Source of the DNA: Camelus ferus
Lineage: Eukaryota
Assembly: GCF_009834535.1 (NCBI RefSeq)
Contig: NC_045697.1
Span: 102,116,001 to 102,180,000, forward strand
Direction of reading: 5' to 3'
DNA length: 64,000 nucleotides
The first letter of the stretch is position 1. The number at the start of each line of letters is the position of its first letter. The notes under the pieces were generated by a model that ran no database searches, was not told where the DNA came from, and was given only the letters and a program-made list of their open reading frames with translations. The position numbers and the translations under genes were made by a program. Shown piece after piece: positions 24,761-38,980 of the stretch.

Positions 24761-27700
24761 TCATTTCCTTATCCTGCTTTGTTGAATTTCTTATTTTATC
24801 CTTTGGGTTGAAATGATATCTTTGATTTTTCCTAATACTAGAACATCTGAGGAATAAAAATAGAAATGAAGGAAAGGAGGAATATTTATTGAATTTCTGT
24901 TATGTGATGAGTGGTGTGCTAAAAGCATTTCATATTGAGATAAATATTTTTTACGTATTTCATATTTTATTATTTGTTTTGTGAAACTGTAGACAATTGA
25001 AATACCACAGCCTCTGTGTATTCACTATTGAGGTTTTTTTTACCCACAGGACGGACTCAAGAATCCTCAGTTTATTTCCACTATAGTTAAAAGAATATGT
25101 TTAAATACTAGGAAACACAAGGATTCCTGGTTCTTATCGGAATCCATCACTTTATCCTAAGCAAGAAAGTCAGGTTTTTTGTTACCTGAGTAATTTTTGC
25201 AGGTACAGCTTTTCAGAATGTCACAGTAATCATTTGTGAACTGTGAGGAATAGCTGCATTGCACCATTTCTGTATTACGATATTTAATCTGACTACTAAA
25301 AGAAAAATACCTCTTTACTCCAACTCTAATATATTAAACAGAACTACCTTTAATATTGTAAAATGAGCCATGTAGTAGTCACTCAGGTTTTTATATGTAT
25401 GATTCCTTCTTTATATTTTCTTACCTAAAATTTAAAACTCTCTTTGTAAAGAGTATTTTTCAATGTTCCAGTTGTTGAATATTCCTTTACACCCTTACAC
25501 TTAACGATTTTATAAGCGTTAAGAGTCTAACGTTTATATTACAGAATTTGCATATTTGGTATAAGGTCATGAGGCTTTTTGTGGATTTATTATACAGTTT
25601 ATTACCTTCAAATCTAATAAGTCAAGACTACCTGTAGCAACGGGAGACCATGTCTTTCACTAGGATGTTGAAATGTGGTTTGGATGCAGCTACTGATGTC
25701 ACCTGGTCCCAGAACAACTTCACAGACTACATTCTTCATTATGTAAACGTCACCCTATCAAGAAAAGAAATTTTTCCTTGGTCTTTCCTTGAAAGCATCG
25801 ACCAAGTCCTTCTAGCTTTTCAGCATCTTTCATCTTACATCAAACACTTACTGGTAACAAAGCAAACAAAAAGGAAATTTTAGCTTTCATTGTCAGGAAA
25901 GATGCTTTCAGAGGCTTAATACAAAAGCACAAATGAGAGGGCTGCCGTGCCAGTGCCTGTGTTAAACCTGCAGCCACAGGAAAGTCTCTCTTGGGGACCA
26001 GTCAGAGGTGAAGGAGGTGATTTGGGCTGCAGGGAGGTGACAACCTCAAGAAAATCTCCCCATTGTACGTATCTTATCTCTGTATCTTGGGTAAGTGACG
26101 CGTGGCATTGAGGCCAGACTCCTCTGCTTTTTTTGTTTCCCACAGTCTAGCTCAGAAAGTGAGAGCTAAGGAAAGGTTGGAATGCACTGGATGGTTCTCC
26201 AGGCTTTCCTAGGTACCTTGTCTGTCAGAAGAAGGCAAAACTGATCCAAATCAGGCAGATCCTTATACTGTTAGTATTTTAGGCAGAAGGCCAAGGTTGT
26301 GGGGCTGGGGCATAGTGTGACTGGTCTGAGAGGCTTAGGGAAAAGTTTTCCTGGAAATAGTTAATGTTGGGAGGAGTAATGTCTAGGGTGGAGGTGAAAG
26401 TAGTCAAGGGAGACTTCAGCAAGCTCAGAACAGTCTTTCTCCTCAGGGAAAAGTAAGACCTAGGAATTTTGTGATTTTTCTCATCCCTGGCTGGGTCATA
26501 AATGCTGATGTCCAGAGCCACCAACCCTTTACTAGGGCCTAGGACAGAATTGTTGAATTCTTTGGTTCCCATTCCTAGGAATTCCTGAATATGATTTTTG
26601 TAACAGAGTCTAGAAAGATGTGGAACATTAATTATAAGGAAATATAGATTAAATATAAATGATGTGATTTCAGCTTGAGTTGAAGCTGTGCTTATCTCAG
26701 GATGCAGACATAGTCTGGAGGAGATGATCTACTATCTTCTTGAAGGATGAGAGGTCTCCTGAGAAAGGGTTTATTTTAAAAGAAGCTATAGGCACATACT
26801 CTTGGTCTGAGAATAAGGCCTCACTCAGAAGGAGGGGATACAGTGTCACCAAGAGAGTCCTCTAGCACAAACTGGTCTGCCAGCCTCGGTCACCATAGGT
26901 GGTTTGTTTGCCCCAATCTTTGCTTCCACCTCCTTGCTGATGCTCTGGCTGAGAAACTGCATGATGCCTCATTGCTGCTGTGTTTCCTGTGCTCGCCTTG
27001 GAATGACAGGATCAGCACTATGCAGACTGTTGTCTGAGGTTCCCAAAGCCATCAGCCCTCAAGGTGCGCAGGTGCTTGTTTTACCTCCTCGATTGGGTTT
27101 CCCACTGTATCCCTTGGGAACCTAACTAAGCTTATACCCTGACTCGCACATAGTCCTTCCAGTCAGTCTCAGCAGCATCTCCTTCTATTTCCCCTGCTTG
27201 CATTTCCAGTCCTTTTCTAAAATCTTCACCTTCTTCTTTTATCCAAAATCAAACTCCTTATACAAATAAGCTTTTGCAAATTTTTTTGTTTCAAACAGCT
27301 GACTGTTTGCTCTGTGTGACTAAAGCCAATCCTGAAGGCCAACAGTGAACACAGCCTTGTGTCAGGAGCAGATATCACTGTCCAGTTTCAAACTAGCGTT
27401 CCTGTTACACAAGCCTTTGTCAAAATAGTGATCTCTAATCTTCTTGACACTCAGTAGGACAAATGAAAGGCAAGAGTTTCCTTCAGTCTTGGAAGTCTGA
27501 ACTGGAAATATATGACAAGTGTTTCAAAGCATCTGGCACTACTACAGTCCCCTTTTTTGGTCTTGCAAAGTTTGCATTTTAGCAAACTTATAAATACATG
27601 AATTTTTCTAGAATGATTTTCAGGAACTGCTGTATAATTTTCTGTTTTTTTTTTTATGATATCAAGAGATACAAAAGGCTTGGTCCAGTTGAAGTGTCAA

Positions 27701-27859
27701 AGAGCTTCTGTCACTTTACTTTTGGTAGGTGAGAGAAAGAGACAAAAATATTTGGGGTAAGTGATAAAATGGAAGACAAATGATTATTCTTTTATTATTT
27801 TTATTAATATTATTATCTGCATGTTCTTGAGAGTCTATGAAATTGAAATTCTGGGCAAT

Positions 27860-28310
27860 TGGCCGAATAAGCTGATGCAGAAGGGGCCCACACCTGCTGA
27901 AGACATTTGAAAATACTGGATAAAATAGCAAACAACATCAACAAAAATGATCATGGACAAACTTGACAAAAAGAAAGAGAAATCCTTGGATGCCATAAGC
28001 ATAGAAGGAACTCAGAGTCAGGATGGGCTCTGAAAGAGACTTTTTGCAGGAAAACTTCCACATCTCTGGGCAAACTGGATTCCTGGAGACCAACATAAAC
28101 CCACTGGACATGAACTCATAAAAAAAATTATGAACCAGACAGTGAAAAAAACACCAGAAGGAAGAATCAGCAAGCACACAAATATTTCCTCTTAGAAAAG
28201 CACTCCAAGAGCGGCAGATAGTGGAGTAATCTGAAAGAGGCTACATATTAAGTATTTTGAAAAAAAAATATGAAAGAAGAACAGAAACTACAATGAAAGA
28301 AAGAAACTTT
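27860..28310 (+). mobile_element. Ancient L1/HAL1-like 5' (ORF1-region) fragment
   Basis: A-rich tract with AATACTGGATAAAATAGCAAAC motif typical of old L1M 5' regions. Confidence 0.35.
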
Positions 28311-28415
28311 AGGGAAGACATCTTTATGTTTTCTCTACTTCATTTTTAAGAAGCATTCCCCTTTGGATATTGAAGCTCTTTGCATCGACAGGTATCTTTG
28401 ACCCTTAAAGACACC

Positions 28416-28866
28416 TGTATCTATTTACTAGAGCTGCTGTAATGAGTTACCACAGACCAAGTGGTTTAGACAACAGAGATCTATTGTCTCACAGTTCTGG
28501 AGGCTTGAAGTCTAAGATCAAGGTTGGTTACTCTGAGGCATATGAGGGAGAATCTATTCCATGCCTCTCTCCTAGCTTCTGGTGATCTGTTGGCCATCTC
28601 TGGTGTTCCTTGGCTTCTGCTGTGTGACCAGAATCTCTACTTTCACCTTCACATGTGTTCTCCCTGTGTGTTTCTGCTGCCTGTGTCCAAGTCTTATAAA
28701 GACTCAGTTCATGTTGGATGGTGCCCATCCTACTCCACTGTGCCCTTATTTTAACTAACTGCATCTGCAATAACCTTATTTCTAGATGAGATCACATTCT
28801 AAGATACTGGGAGTAGGGGCTTCAACATAGGAATTTGGGTGACGGGATACACTTCAATCCATAACA
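28416..28866 (-). mobile_element. MaLR solo LTR (MLT1B/C-like) with 5-bp TSD
   Basis: TG...CA termini; perfect TSD ACACC at 28411-28415 and 28867-28871; hallmark TCTCACAGTTCTGGAGGCTTGAAGTCTAAGATCAAGGT. Confidence 0.9.
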
Positions 28867-29699
28867 ACACCCAAATACAACGTGGCTCTTTTTAGAACTT
28901 TTCAGGTTTATTAGAACAGGGAAACTGCAGAAATCCTCCCAACTCCTCATTCTATATGAAAAAGAGATTGCTTTTGTGTGGATAAGTGAGATATTTCAGA
29001 TAACTTTTTGACTTGTACACCACGTGTCAAAAGGACACCATCAAGATGCAAGTCCCTGTCCCACCATAGCCAGCAAGATAGGAAGCTTCTCTGTGACAAG
29101 CTCCTAGGACTTACAATGTAGCTTTCAGAGAGAGCCTTCTGTCTCTAGATATTTTCAGAGTTCTTCTGTCCAGTATAGATCTGTACAGACAATATCAGAA
29201 TTAGTAATCTATTTAATATTTTTAAAACAGTGGAAGTGAACACCTAAAATATACTCACATATGCTTTTTGGCCTTGCAGTTTAACCAATGACTGGATGAA
29301 GATATGATTAATGAGTATGTATACTTTGGAGATAATTCCAATGCTATCGACCTGACATTATCACTTTGCAGCAATAGTCCCCCAGATATTGTTGTGGTTG
29401 TTCATTACTAAATCATTTTTAAATAATAGTATTAACAGAATTTTTCTGGAAAGAGTTATGGGGGGATCAACTGAGATATGAATATAAAGCACTTACTAGA
29501 CTACCAGAAACATAGTAACTGCTCAGCAAATGCTGGCTGTTATTCTTAAAGTACAGTAGATCTCATATTTTAAAAAAATTCCCCGTGATGTGTTTTCCCT
29601 TCTTGGTAATATGATTTAGTCAGTGGTGTTCCAGTGCCATTTTTTTTCGCAAAAAGAGAGAAGGGTCAATATTACCCAGGGAAAGAAGAGCTCGTAGTA

Positions 29700-30520
29700 T
29701 CGTGAAGTCAGAAATATAGACGTAGGATTAAATCATGTGGATAGTCTAGGAAGTGGGAGAGCCACTTTGTCTTTAAGAGAAAAGGTCATGAATCTGTATA
29801 CGTTAAATCTAGAGGAGAAGGAAAGAGAAATTGGAGAAGGGCTTGACTCCTGGTCTCTCTTTTTTGTGTGAAGTGTGAGCAAGATCATTGGAGGAAAATT
29901 AAAAGTGGGAATGGAGTAGAGAATTTGAGAGGGGTGAGGTGTTGGAACCGCTAACCCAAAGAATACAAATGTCAGCCAGACGGAGAGAGTTCTAGGTACA
30001 ATTAGACCAAGAGTCCAATTGAAGCCACTATTTATAGTCGAGGCCAATAAATACAGTGCTATTTTACTTCGTCCTATTCTGTTTTATCTTATGCTATCTT
30101 GCTTATTTTATTTCACTTTATCTTATTTGATTTAATTGGTAGAAGCAAAGTGGGGTGTCTTGTGGATGCAGACTAAGAAGTGACTAGATTGACCCAGGAC
30201 TGGGTTGACTGGATGAGGGCAGAGAGGGGGAGAAGGTGCGGGAGCTTACGGTGCAGTTGAAGAGGTTGAATGACCAGGCAGGAGGGAAGGAGTTGATACC
30301 AGGAGGGCAGACAGAGAGAAAGCAAACATCTCCCTGGTGGAAGAACAGATACGATGGCAGGAAGGGGAAGAAAGAAATGGCAGGACAGGAGGTGTTGGTA
30401 AAAAGTGGGACTTTTGAATTTTAAGGAGTTGGAGTTGGAGCAGCTCCAGATAGTTGACCCAGGGTCTGGGGTACAGAAATTGGAGTGTTTCCAGGCTGCC
30501 AGGGGATGGGGGTACGTGAG
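29700..30520 (-). mobile_element. LINE-2 remnant
   Basis: Purine-rich antisense L2-like tract (GAGAAGGAAAGAGAAATTGGAG...GAGGTTGAATGACCAGG). Confidence 0.4.
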
Positions 30521-33500
30521 GATGTGATGCCTTAAAAAGAGGTGAAAGTGTTCACAGAGGCAAGTTGTCCGTATCCCAGTCTTACAGCCCCTGGCTGTGC
30601 TCCTGGGAGAGCTGTGATTTCAAAATAGGTCACTTTCCTTACTTGCTCTCTCTCCTCACCACCCCCTTTCTGGCGTCTTCTATCTTTTCAAGGTCATGTA
30701 ACAAATCACTTTCCCAATCAGGAGCAGCACAGGGACATAAATCAATGTAATTTGTGCATGTTTCTTTCTTCCTCAAAGACTTGTCTAAATGAAACATTAC
30801 AATATATTTTAGTTACACAAATTAAATGCAGGCTTTAAAAAACTGTACTTGTACTTTTTAACCTTCAAAGAACTTTACAGATATTAAGGTCATTAATCTT
30901 TTTAACACTCCTAGGGGTAGCATAATTCAGTCTTTGAGTTGAACTTGTTCAAAAGATTAACACAGAGGGTGAGGAACTATTTGGCTACCAGATGCAATTT
31001 TCAGCTGCAATAGGTGGTCTGGGAGACAGCATTGCCTTCGCCACTTCTGCCAGTCAGGAAGTAACTATTTCCCTTCCTCTCTCCACCAATGGGAAGCCAT
31101 TATGCCTTCAGTGTGGACCCACTTAAGACTTCACAAAAATAAAAACTGAATAATTGGTTAACAGATTAAAGTTTCAAAGGGCAGAAATAATAGATGATAA
31201 TTTCCTCTGAAACCAATACACCAGCTAAAGCAATGCTGAGCTTCCTGCGCCCCCTGCTCTCTGCTTTTTGTTTAATTTCATCGCTCCCATTTCTTCTTTT
31301 TAGATTTGTCCCCTTCTACATATTTGCTGTATGCAGGGGATCTTTATTCCCCTCTAGATCTTCTCCTGGGAGCTCCTGTCCTTGTGTATCTGGCTCCCTT
31401 CCTTTCGCCAGCTTTTCCTTTCCATCCTGCCATTTACTTCTGCAGAATCTATGCCGTCTCATCTCGTCTTTGTCTTGTCTTGCCTCATGGAGGCAATCTA
31501 TTTCCTGACCCAGACTCTGAGATCAACCCTTCTACCCTTGTTCTGACTTTCCATTACTCTCATGCCAACAAAGCCTACTGTTATTAATGCACATTTATGG
31601 AGCACATACTGTGTGCCAGGCAAGTAGACGACTTTCCATTGTGAAGATGCCATCAACAAGGCAATGGCACAGGCAAGAGGCAGTGATCTTCACTTGCTCT
31701 GCGTCTCTGAGTGGGGGAAGAACTAAAATGAATGGTCAGTTGTGGTTTGGAATAAAATTCCTTGTTGTCAGAATTTGTTCAGTTATTGATAAAGTAAAAA
31801 CATCAGGTCCTATTGTAAGAGGGAGAGGAAAACATGGAGACATTGATTGAACCCATGAAACTCTACAGTAGGTATTGACCAGCCTTGCTCTCAAACAATA
31901 AAAGCAGACTGAGATTAATTCTCTTTATGCTGTAGTCACTCACTCATGTGGCTAAGTCACATGCTGAAATTAACCTCTGGTTGCTGTACAGAAATGTCTA
32001 CAGAGAACTTGCCTTAGAAGATATTTTTCTCACCTATTCAAAGTTGCAGATGTAGTTCGGACAGTAATTTGTGAAGCATGTGGGAGTGTGAAGGGTATAA
32101 AATAGAGGATAATGGAAGTAGCTTGCTGTGTGTTTTGCAGGAATCACATTCTAAGGAAAAAATCAAGGCCCCACAGCTGAGATGGGGATTGTTGTCCAAA
32201 AGGTCTCATTAAAACAGGTTAAGTGTTTGCAAATCCCAAATGGAATAGGTGCCTTGTGATTAAATAGCTGAGAAATGTAGAATTGCCTCTATTCTTTGTG
32301 GAGGTAGGGAGAAACGTGAGTGGCTGGGATGGATTTTCACCTGGGGAGCAATTTGGTCTTGAAACTTCAGGAACTGTGGTGCAACCTCACATGGCTATGT
32401 GCTATTTAAAGCGAAATCACGAATCCCCATCTACCGTGGCTTGAGGAACACTGCAGGTGGAGAGGAAGAGCTTCTTTATTTTTCTGTAACTCAGCATGAG
32501 TCTTATTTGGGCCTCTGTACATTCAGGAAGGCAGGAAGTTTTAATGGTAGTCTTTGAATGGTTTTCCTATCTCCCAGGAATTCATGTCACAGTTGTAAAA
32601 AACTGGTACAGCGCTAAGAATTCAGGGCATGGCATCTGGTCATTGAGTTGTTTACCCACACGGGCGAGCAGTTAGACACCTCATCTGTGTCTCAGCACAG
32701 CCCTCAAGGTGCGCTGGCTCTCTGCTACACCCATGACGTGGTCTCAGTTTCCAAGGTGCACCAGAGCCATTTCCCCTGTGATCTCCCCACTTCCTTGTCT
32801 GCAGAAAGCAAGCTGCAGTCCCCATCTTCTCACTTCCTGCAGCCTTGGAGAACTTTTCTGATGGGGCTGTTGGCACTCTCCCTCCTGCTTCTTAAAAATA
32901 TTTTATTGGCATGATGTAGCCTTCCTTCCCTGGAACTGGTATGTTTGGAATCCAAAGGACAGAGAAATTTGGGTTAAATTCTGCTCTTTTTTTCTGTTAG
33001 TTTACTCCTTGGAGGCAAGAAATACATGACTGCATGCATGTCTGCCTGAATGGAAGGGAGAAAAATAAACATAGGTTGAATCTTAAAAATACTATCTGGT
33101 CACAGTTTTATCAGAGGTCTCAGAATTTAAAAAGTTTTGGCTGGCTTTCCGGAGCTGTGGCCATTGGTCCAGGACAGATACGTGCCATGCCGATGAACGA
33201 GGATGCGGTGGATTTCTTGAGAATTTAGTAGAGTGATCAGAATAGCCAACCACTGCCCACTGCTTCACTCATAGGTCAACTTCTTGGTTTTGCTACTCCT
33301 GTGCCTTCTTGTTAATGAGCCAGACATTTGCATATATACTGACCTTCTTTAGAATTCCTGAAGCGCTTAGAGGTGCTTAAGAAGTCTTCCTTGATGTCAA
33401 TTGTTACTTCTTTTCTTTCTTTTTTTCTTTTTATAACTTTTGATTTAAAAAATTATTTCATTTTAAAATTAAATTTTATTATTTTTGGCCACTGGGTTCC

Positions 33501-34837
33501 CGTTTAGAATAGAAGTAACAAGAACAGAGAATTAAAATGAAAAAAAAAAAACATAAAAGGGAAATTGCAGTTTGGAAGCATTTGTGTCTGTAGTTAAGTA
33601 ATAACCGGGAGATGGTGATGGATGAGGTAGACCCAGGCCCTGTCCTCTGAGGTCAGTGTCTGAGAGAAAACCTGTGGTGGTGACTTGAGCACAGAACTCC
33701 AGCTTGTGGACACTGAAAACATGTTAGGTTTGGGCAAATTTCTTTTGTGGGTTGTTTTTCCAGAAAGTACAGAAACTGTGGAATAGAATCAGAGGTAGAA
33801 AGTGAGAATGAGAATGATTGTCAGGCAGCTTGTCCTAGTGGAGAATCAAAACCAGGTGCTTTTTACCCATGGATGGCTTGGCTCAAGGGAACTGCAGATT
33901 CTCCTTCTGCTTTCCTGCTCTGCCTCCTGCTACATCTGTTCAGGGTGAATAATGTCGGATGTAGGCAAGAGGAACAAGACAGAAATGAATTCTTCTAATC
34001 CTGGGTCTCTATAAATGCTATTGAAAGTATAATATTTAAACTAATTTTAAATAATCACAAGAGTCCATCTACAATGGAAAAACAGATGGCTTAAAAGCAT
34101 GGCCTCAACAAGCTGTGAGCTGTGGAAGAGTTATTTAAAGTGATTCATTAGCAAGAGGAGAGAACTCTGCATGGCAGTAGATAAAATTTACCGCAGGGAA
34201 AATGTGGCTTGGAGACTGGTATTTTTTAACCCCTCGGGACATCAGTATTTAAAAACAAATGATACAATCGGTTTTTTTTTTTTTTCTTTTCAGTTTGCCA
34301 GGTACAGCTTCTTCCAAAGGCCTCAAGAAAGGTACTCAAACTTACCCTCCACTCTGAGAGGGAGAGCTTTCTTGTGGGGCTGGCTGGAGAAGCTTTAGTG
34401 GCCTTACACAGTTGGGGTGCCTAGTAGGGTATTTCATTTATAACTGATGGGCATAATCACTAAAGGGTTTCAGTGAACACTGTGATATTCCACAGAATAT
34501 TGTCACTGCTGTTAGAAAGACCACGAAATGAGCCATACAATTTTAAAACATACCTAGCCATTTCCAGAAGAGGTGGAAATGACAGTTATTATGCATCCAA
34601 GACTCAAGGGAAGCTGATTAACAGAACTTAGAGTGGAGAATGGATTAATGATATTTCTTTATGCTCTGTGACCATCACTGAACTTTTTTCCCCTGATTTT
34701 ACCTGATATTAACATTCCATTAGAGTCCATATGTAATCGAGTGTTTTGGGAAAAACACTGAGGGTAATTTATTGATATTTCATCCTTAGGTGTAGTGAGA
34801 AGAAACTCCCCTCTGTCTAAATTTCTGAAGTGAAGGC

Positions 34838-35815
34838 TCATGCAATTCAATATCAAAAAAGCAATTTGATTAAAAAAATATGCAAAGAAACTGAATAGAC
34901 CTTTTTCCAAGGAAGAGATACAGATGGCCAACAGGCACGTGAAAAGGGGCTCAACCATCACTAACCACCAGGGAAATACAGATCAAAACGACAATGAGAT
35001 ACCACCTCACATCTGTCTGAATGGCCGTTATCAAAAAGACAAGTAAGTGTTGGGGAGATGTGGAGGAAAGGGAACCCTCAAACAGTGTTAGTGGGAATGT
35101 AAATTGGTACAGCTACTATGGAAAACAATATGGAGGTTCCTCAAAAAATTAAAAATAGAACTACCATATAATCCAGTAATTCCACTCTGAGTATTTATCT
35201 GAAGAAAATGAAAACATTAATTCCAAAAGATATATACACATCTAGCTTCGTAGCAGTATTATTTACAATTGGCAAGATACAGAAGCAACCCAAGTGTCCA
35301 TTGATAAATGAATGGACAAAGAAGATGTGAGAGGTATATGTATATATAGAGAGTGGAATATTGTCATAAAAAAGAATAAAATCTTGCCATTTACAACAAC
35401 ATGGATGGATCTAGAGAGTATTATGTTAAATGAAATAAATCAGAGAAAGACAAATACTGTATGATTTCACTTACATGTGGAACCTGAAAAAAAAAAACAG
35501 AAACAAATGAACAAGCAAAACAAAACAGAAACAGACCTTCAGTTACAGAGAACAAGGTGGTGATAGACAAAGGGAGGGGAATTGGGGATCAGACAAAATA
35601 GGTGAAAGTGATTAATAGGGACAAACTTCCAGTTATAAAGTAAGTAAGTCATGGGGATGTAACCTACAACGTACGGAATATTGCCAAACAATACTGTAAT
35701 AACTTTGGTGACAGATGGTTACTAGACTGTATATAAATGTCGAATCACTATGTTGTACACCTGAAAATAATATAATATTGTATGTCAGTTATACTTTGAC
35801 AAAAGAAAAAAAAAG
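34838..35815 (+). mobile_element. L1 (L1MA-like) 3' portion with poly(A)
   Basis: ORF2 C-terminal motifs (GATACCACCTCACATCTG, GGTACAGCTACTATGGAAAAC), 3'UTR and A tail ~35800-35815. Confidence 0.92.
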
Positions 35816-36469
35816 ATTGTTAAAAATATTGATGCAGGTAATTGGAAGATGGGTGTGGTTGGCCAAAAAGGATCAGAGAGAAATTGTTTTATTACAGGTA
35901 AGCCAGTGGTTGCCAGTATTTTGATACAGTAAATCTTATAATAGAAAAGTATTTTCTTACCTTATAATTTTGGAAAGTTAATCACAGCATATTGGGATTT
36001 GAAGGACTTTAAAGTTCATATAGCTGAATTATTAGAGACATGGACAGTTTTTACAATACCGTGATCAGGCAAGTAAATTGTCCAGTCTACGTTGGAATAC
36101 TTTCAGGGGTGGGAAATGCATCACTTTCTTTGCATAATCTTGTTTAATTCAAAGCATTAAAAGTTGTTTCTTGTAATTATCAAAATTTGATTCTCTACTA
36201 TATATGGATCTTCATTTCCATTTCTTCAGCCTTGAAGAACAAATCTACAGTCTTCTGATTATTTCCATATTGCTCAATACAGAGACTTTTCCACATAAAA
36301 CATCTCCAGATTCATATGAATGGGTTGTGTGGTTCTTGGTGATTCTAGTTTCTGTCTGGTTTTCCCATATCTTGGTGTGATCTTTCCCTGAAGAACAGAG
36401 TGACACTTTCACTGCCTACATCCTAGATCTTGAATTTCATTATATTACAGCCTTAGATCGTGAGGGCTT

Positions 36470-36810
36470 CGGATGGGGAGTCATCAGTGAGTTTTATGTG
36501 GAGTAGTGCCATGGTGTGACTGTTATTTTAAATAATCAAACTGGTGGCCTTGTAGGGATGGATTTAAAAGGAAGAGTTTGGAGGGCAAGAACACTTAGAA
36601 AGCTATTACAGTAGGAGGACTTGTCAGAGAAGCAGCAATGAGGATGAGGAAAAGAGATTGGGTTTGAGAAACAGCAGAATACTGAATGTGGGTGAAGAAG
36701 GAGAAAAAGGAATCAGGATGACGCCAAGATTTCTAGCTTGGATGTTTGGTGGTAAATGATGGTACGACAAAATAAGAAAGAAATCCCTGGAGAAAGAGCC
36801 AGTTTTAAGA
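36470..36810 (-). mobile_element. LINE-2 fragment
   Basis: GGAATCAGGATGACGCCAAGATTTCTAGCTTGG, typical antisense L2. Confidence 0.55.
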
Positions 36811-38759
36811 AAAAGATAAAAATCCTTCTAACAGTGATTTTGTTTAGCCCATATTCCTCCATCTGTCTACAAGAAGATAAAGGAAAAAAGACCTGTTATT
36901 CATAGATGCACTTTGTGGTCACGTTCCCCTGATCCACCAACCTCGTGATCCTATTGGAAAAAAGAAAATGAGTTTTATTTGACGTGACTAGTTATTGACT
37001 TGACTTTGCATTCCTCTTCCGTACATTCTTTGGTCAATATTAATCGACTGTGATTAAGCACTTGCAGTTGGAGTTTTTTAAACTTACTGTTGAGAGAAAT
37101 AGTTTGGATTATAGTTTGAGGATATTACAAATGTGTGTCTCTGAGACAAAAAAAAGATTCAAAGCACACTAATTGCTTTGTCTCTGTAACACTCTAGTTA
37201 AATACAGCTAAACCAAGGTCTTTATTAACAAGATAAAACAAGCCTGAATTTTTATTGAAATTTTAGGAGACATGAAACCGTTCATCTGAAACCCAATTCT
37301 TACTGCAATTTAAGGGTACTATGTTTGGAATAATAACTCCTTGCAAAAAGGTGTTGTGATAAATTGTAAGGAGATGACACAGAAAACATTATTCTTTGGT
37401 AAAATTATACAGTACTCTCTATCCCACTTTTGTGGACAGCCTGTCCATACTATTTATATTCATTTCCAAGTCATTTATCTTTGAAACTGTTCTTATGACA
37501 ACCATTTGTTTGCTTTGTGGCAGGAAACATAGGGTAGAGGAACTCTAATTAGGTGACTAAGACTCACAGGAAGCTTGAGGCTGCTCTCTGCTGTTTGGCT
37601 AACTGAACTCTAAACAGCTTCCAGACTCAAGTGTCAAACTCAAGGCACAGAGCAGGTTACTTAAAAGTGTAAACCAAAGCTAGTGCTGACCGCATCCACA
37701 TGGGAGGATGCCCTTTCTGAAGGGAGCAGCTGCTCATCATTGTTGTCCAGAGGGGTTGTGGGGTTGTTATTTATAGATCTTTGATATCTCAGGAGAAACC
37801 AAATCATTTTCCGTGAAGTCTACTTATTGCAAAATTGTCAGTTACTTCACATTAAACAGATGCTGTTCAGTCCAAGCAAAACTTGCCCTCAGACCAGAAA
37901 TGCCCCAGTGGTTTACAGCGTTGATATTAGAACATTACTCAGTGTGACCAGTTAAAGAACATGTGATCTTGCCTTTTCAAGCATTTATAGTTAGGGTTTT
38001 GGGGGGAAGATAAGAAAATGGCCTCTTACTGTCTAACTCATTTTATGATTTTATCTAGAACCAGTGTTGATACTTAGCGGGCCTGCACTGTTACGTTGTT
38101 GGCCAGTATTCATTCTGATTGATCGGTACTGTGTGGTCCCAGTAATTAAATGTTTTGAATATTATCCCTGGCCCAAATTAATAAGCAGCCCATACCACTA
38201 GCTTGATTTAGGTATGGTTTTGCCTGGATATTGAAAGTCCTTTCAAAATCTTTTTATTTCAAGCATTCTAGAATTTCAGTTACTTATAGGGCTACTTTAG
38301 AGATTGGTTATATTAACTTAATAATCTGTCAGACCATATCCCACTCATTCAATTTCAGTATATTTTTTGGTGATTATTACTCAGCAGCCCTTTCAAGTTA
38401 CCAGCTGACATGGATTGATTGAAAACATTCAGTGAAAAATCAATTGATTCTCTTGTTCTGTGTTCTTTAAAGGTAATCATGGAATATTTGCTGAGGGTTC
38501 ATTTGAAAACATGGAGGAGAAACCAAGTACATATCTGGGGGAAGAGTATTCCTGGGGGAAAGAATTTGGGCCTTCATGTTTAGATTATTCTCAGTTAATT
38601 CCTATGCCCATTTATTGCTTTTCCACTTACAGTTATCATAATTAGTAATAATGATAGCAATAATATTTTTCACTAGGTAACTGCAAGCTTTACTTTTAGA
38701 AAGCAATACAAATGTCTTTCATAAGATTTTACTACAGTATTAATTAACTAATTAACCAA

Positions 38760-38980
38760 TTCATATATTCATTCAGTCACACAGTGAGTATTTGTAAGTG
38801 CCCAATGTATGCCCATTACTGTGGGAGATGCTGTGCATACAGTGGTGAGAAGGTGAATCAGTCTCTGGTTTGAAAGCTGTTGAGTTGAGGAGACTGGCAA
38901 ATAAAACAGGCTACTAAAATACAGTGTAAGCTGCGGTCTGGTGTAGTCAAAGCACAGGGAAAGAAAGTGTGAAAGCAAAG
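38760..38980 (-). mobile_element. LINE-2 3' end
   Basis: ATTCATTCA tail followed by TATTTGTAAGTGCCCAATGTATGCC. Confidence 0.5.
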